In this document: positions 62,160 through 64,000 of the stretch, piece by piece
How positions within the stretch are numbered: position 1 is the first letter of the stretch
Layout of the letters: the number at the start of each line of letters is the position of its first letter
Origin: Hemiscyllium ocellatum
Lineage: Eukaryota
Direction: 5' to 3'
NCBI RefSeq assembly: GCF_020745735.1
Contig: NC_083413.1
Coordinates: forward strand, 28,892,001-28,956,000
Length of the DNA stretch: 64,000 nucleotides
Made by a program: the position numbers and the translations under genes
Notes under the pieces: generated by a model
The model's input: only the letters and a program-made list of their open reading frames with translations
Database searches by the model: none
Told to the model about the DNA's origin: nothing

Positions 62160-64000
62160 ATTATACCTTCTAAACCACTTGTTCCTCACCTTAAACTAAT
62201 GCCCTCTGGTCTTATGACACATCTGCCATGAGGAAGAGAATCCTACTATCTACTCTGTCTAAGCCTCTCATAATTTTGTTGACCTCAATCAGAAATCCAA
62301 CCCAAGAAAACAAGAGTCAAAAGGTGTGGTGATAGAAAAGCACAGCCGGTCAGGCAGCATCCAAGGAGCACGAGAGTCGATGTTTCGAGCATAAGTTCTT
62401 CATTAGGTTAACAAACCCAGTACATTCAGTCTCTTCTCATAACCAAGACTTTACATCCCAGGGATCAATGGACTTGTACACCAAGGTCCTTTTGTTCCTT
62501 AGTACTCCATGGGGACCTATTGTTCAGATATATCCTTCTCTTATTGGACCTCTCAAAATGCATCTCCTTGATTTGTCAACATTCAATTGCTCTGCCCAAT
62601 TTACCAGCTGATCAATATCTGACTATAGCCTGAGACTATCACTAACACCACCAATTTACTTGTCATCTGCAAGCTTACTATTTATACCTTTCATATTCAT
62701 ATCCAAGCATTAATGTACACAACAAACAGCAAAGGTCCCAGTGCTGATTCCAGTGTTACCACAACTGGTCACAGGCTTCCAATTACAAAACAACCCTCTA
62801 CCATCAGCCTTGGTCTCCTACTCATAAGCAAAATTTGGATCCAGTTTGCCAACTTGCCTTAGATCCAGTGGACTCTTACCTTTCGACCAGCCTTTCTTGT
62901 TGAAACCGTAATGAGTTACATACAAACGATATCAACTGCACAACTCTCATCAATATATTTTGTCACCTTTTCAAAAACCTCACTCAAGTTAATTAGACAG
63001 GATCTCCAATTAACAAATCTGTGCTGACTATCCCTGATCAATCCCTGGCTTTCCAAAAAGCCAGGATTAAACCTGTCCTTCAGAGTTTTTTCCAATAATT
63101 TCCGAACTACTGACATCAGATGAATTGGTCTATAATTACCCTGCTGCCCTTCTTGAACAAAATAACCACATTAGCTACCCTCCAATTATTTGGCATTTTA
63201 CCTGTCGCCAGCGTAGTATTAAATATATTTGCCAGGGCCCAGCAACCTTCTCCCTTGCCTCTAATAGCAGGCTGGGATACATTTCATCAGGTCCTGGGGA
63301 TTTATGCACCTGTATGGCCACAAAAACATCTAATACCTCCTCCTTATTAATCTTAACATGTTCTGGAATATCCCAATGCTACTGAAATCCCCACCTACAA
63401 TATCTTTCTCCTCTGTGAATACACATGAGAAGCACTCATCTAAGACCTCACCAATGTATACTGTCACAATGCACAGGTTGCCTCTTTAGTCACTAATATG
63501 TCCCACACTTTTCCAGGTAATTCTCTTACTCTTAGTATACTTATAAAAAGCATTTGGATTTCCCATTTGCCAAAGTATTGTGTGGCTCCTCTTTGTCTTC
63601 CTAATTTTCTGTTTTAAGCACCTTCCTACAGTGTCTAGAGAGTGAGAAGATCTCTCCTCTTTTTAATGCACTGTATCTGACATATGCTTCTTTCTTTTTC
63701 TTTATCGAACTCTTATTATCCCTTACCATTCATGGTTTCCTGGACTTGTTGCCCTTACCCTTCACTGTTAGATGAATACACTAGCCCTGAATTCTCACCG
63801 TCTTATTTTTAAAAGACTCCCACTTTCCAAATGTGGACTTACCCACGAGGAGCTGTTCCTAGTCTACATTTCCCAGATCCTATCTAATGACAGTGAAATC
63901 AACCTTCCTCCAGTTTAGACAATTAACCTCTGCACCACCCTTATCTTTTTCCATAATGACCTTGACACTTGCTGAGTTATGGTCACTATCCCCAAATTAA
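62160..64000 (-). mobile_element. Old CR1-type LINE ORF2 fragment running off the window
   Basis: SVVRKLLE, GLIRDSQHRFV, SPGPDE, KLADDK motifs. Confidence 0.85.
62313..62407 (-). mobile_element. Penelope-derived short element nested in CR1
   Basis: gaaaagcacagccggtcaggcagcatccaaggagc...gatgtttcgagcataag...ttcattagg (eroded hammerhead). Confidence 0.75.

Noticed and set aside
52326-64000. Search for anosmin exon 2 (48 nt, ..WC.NH.QC..), including an ENHRQ-like stretch near 59850-59890
   Set aside because: No candidate has the WC/C residues and correct splice ends; exons 1-2 probably lie beyond the window, though a missed small exon cannot be excluded.

Overview
Eukaryotic, AT-rich, repeat-dense DNA, almost certainly from a cartilaginous fish (shark): it carries HE1-type V-SINEs, HER1/CR1 LINEs, a SacSINE/DeuSINE-like element and Penelope-like elements. 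The only host gene found is an anosmin-1 (KAL1/ANOS1) family gene on the minus strand. Nine exons, equivalent to human exons 3-11 (end of the Cys-rich box, WAP domain, FN3 repeats 1-3), were mapped by hand with GT-AG ends and consistent phases from 52325 down to 419. Exons 1-2 and 12 onward were not found in the window. The protein looks like a divergent second paralogue (anos1b/kal1b-type) rather than the mammalian ANOS1 orthologue. The introns hold one near-full-length but dead CR1 LINE (~27.5-32.0 kb), many CR1, L2-like and Rex1 fragments, Harbinger remnants and a Tigger-like MITE. The most striking non-genic signal is at least four families of short Penelope-derived fold-back elements. They carry minimal hammerhead-ribozyme motifs, a recurrent ~35-38 nt unpaired 3' tail and target-site duplications. 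Also notable are a tRNA/Deu-SINE head running directly into a LINE endonuclease, and inverted LINE copies that share inactivating mutations. Exon coordinates are exact by manual count; repeat boundaries are approximate. Family names and human comparisons come from recalled sequences, not from a search.
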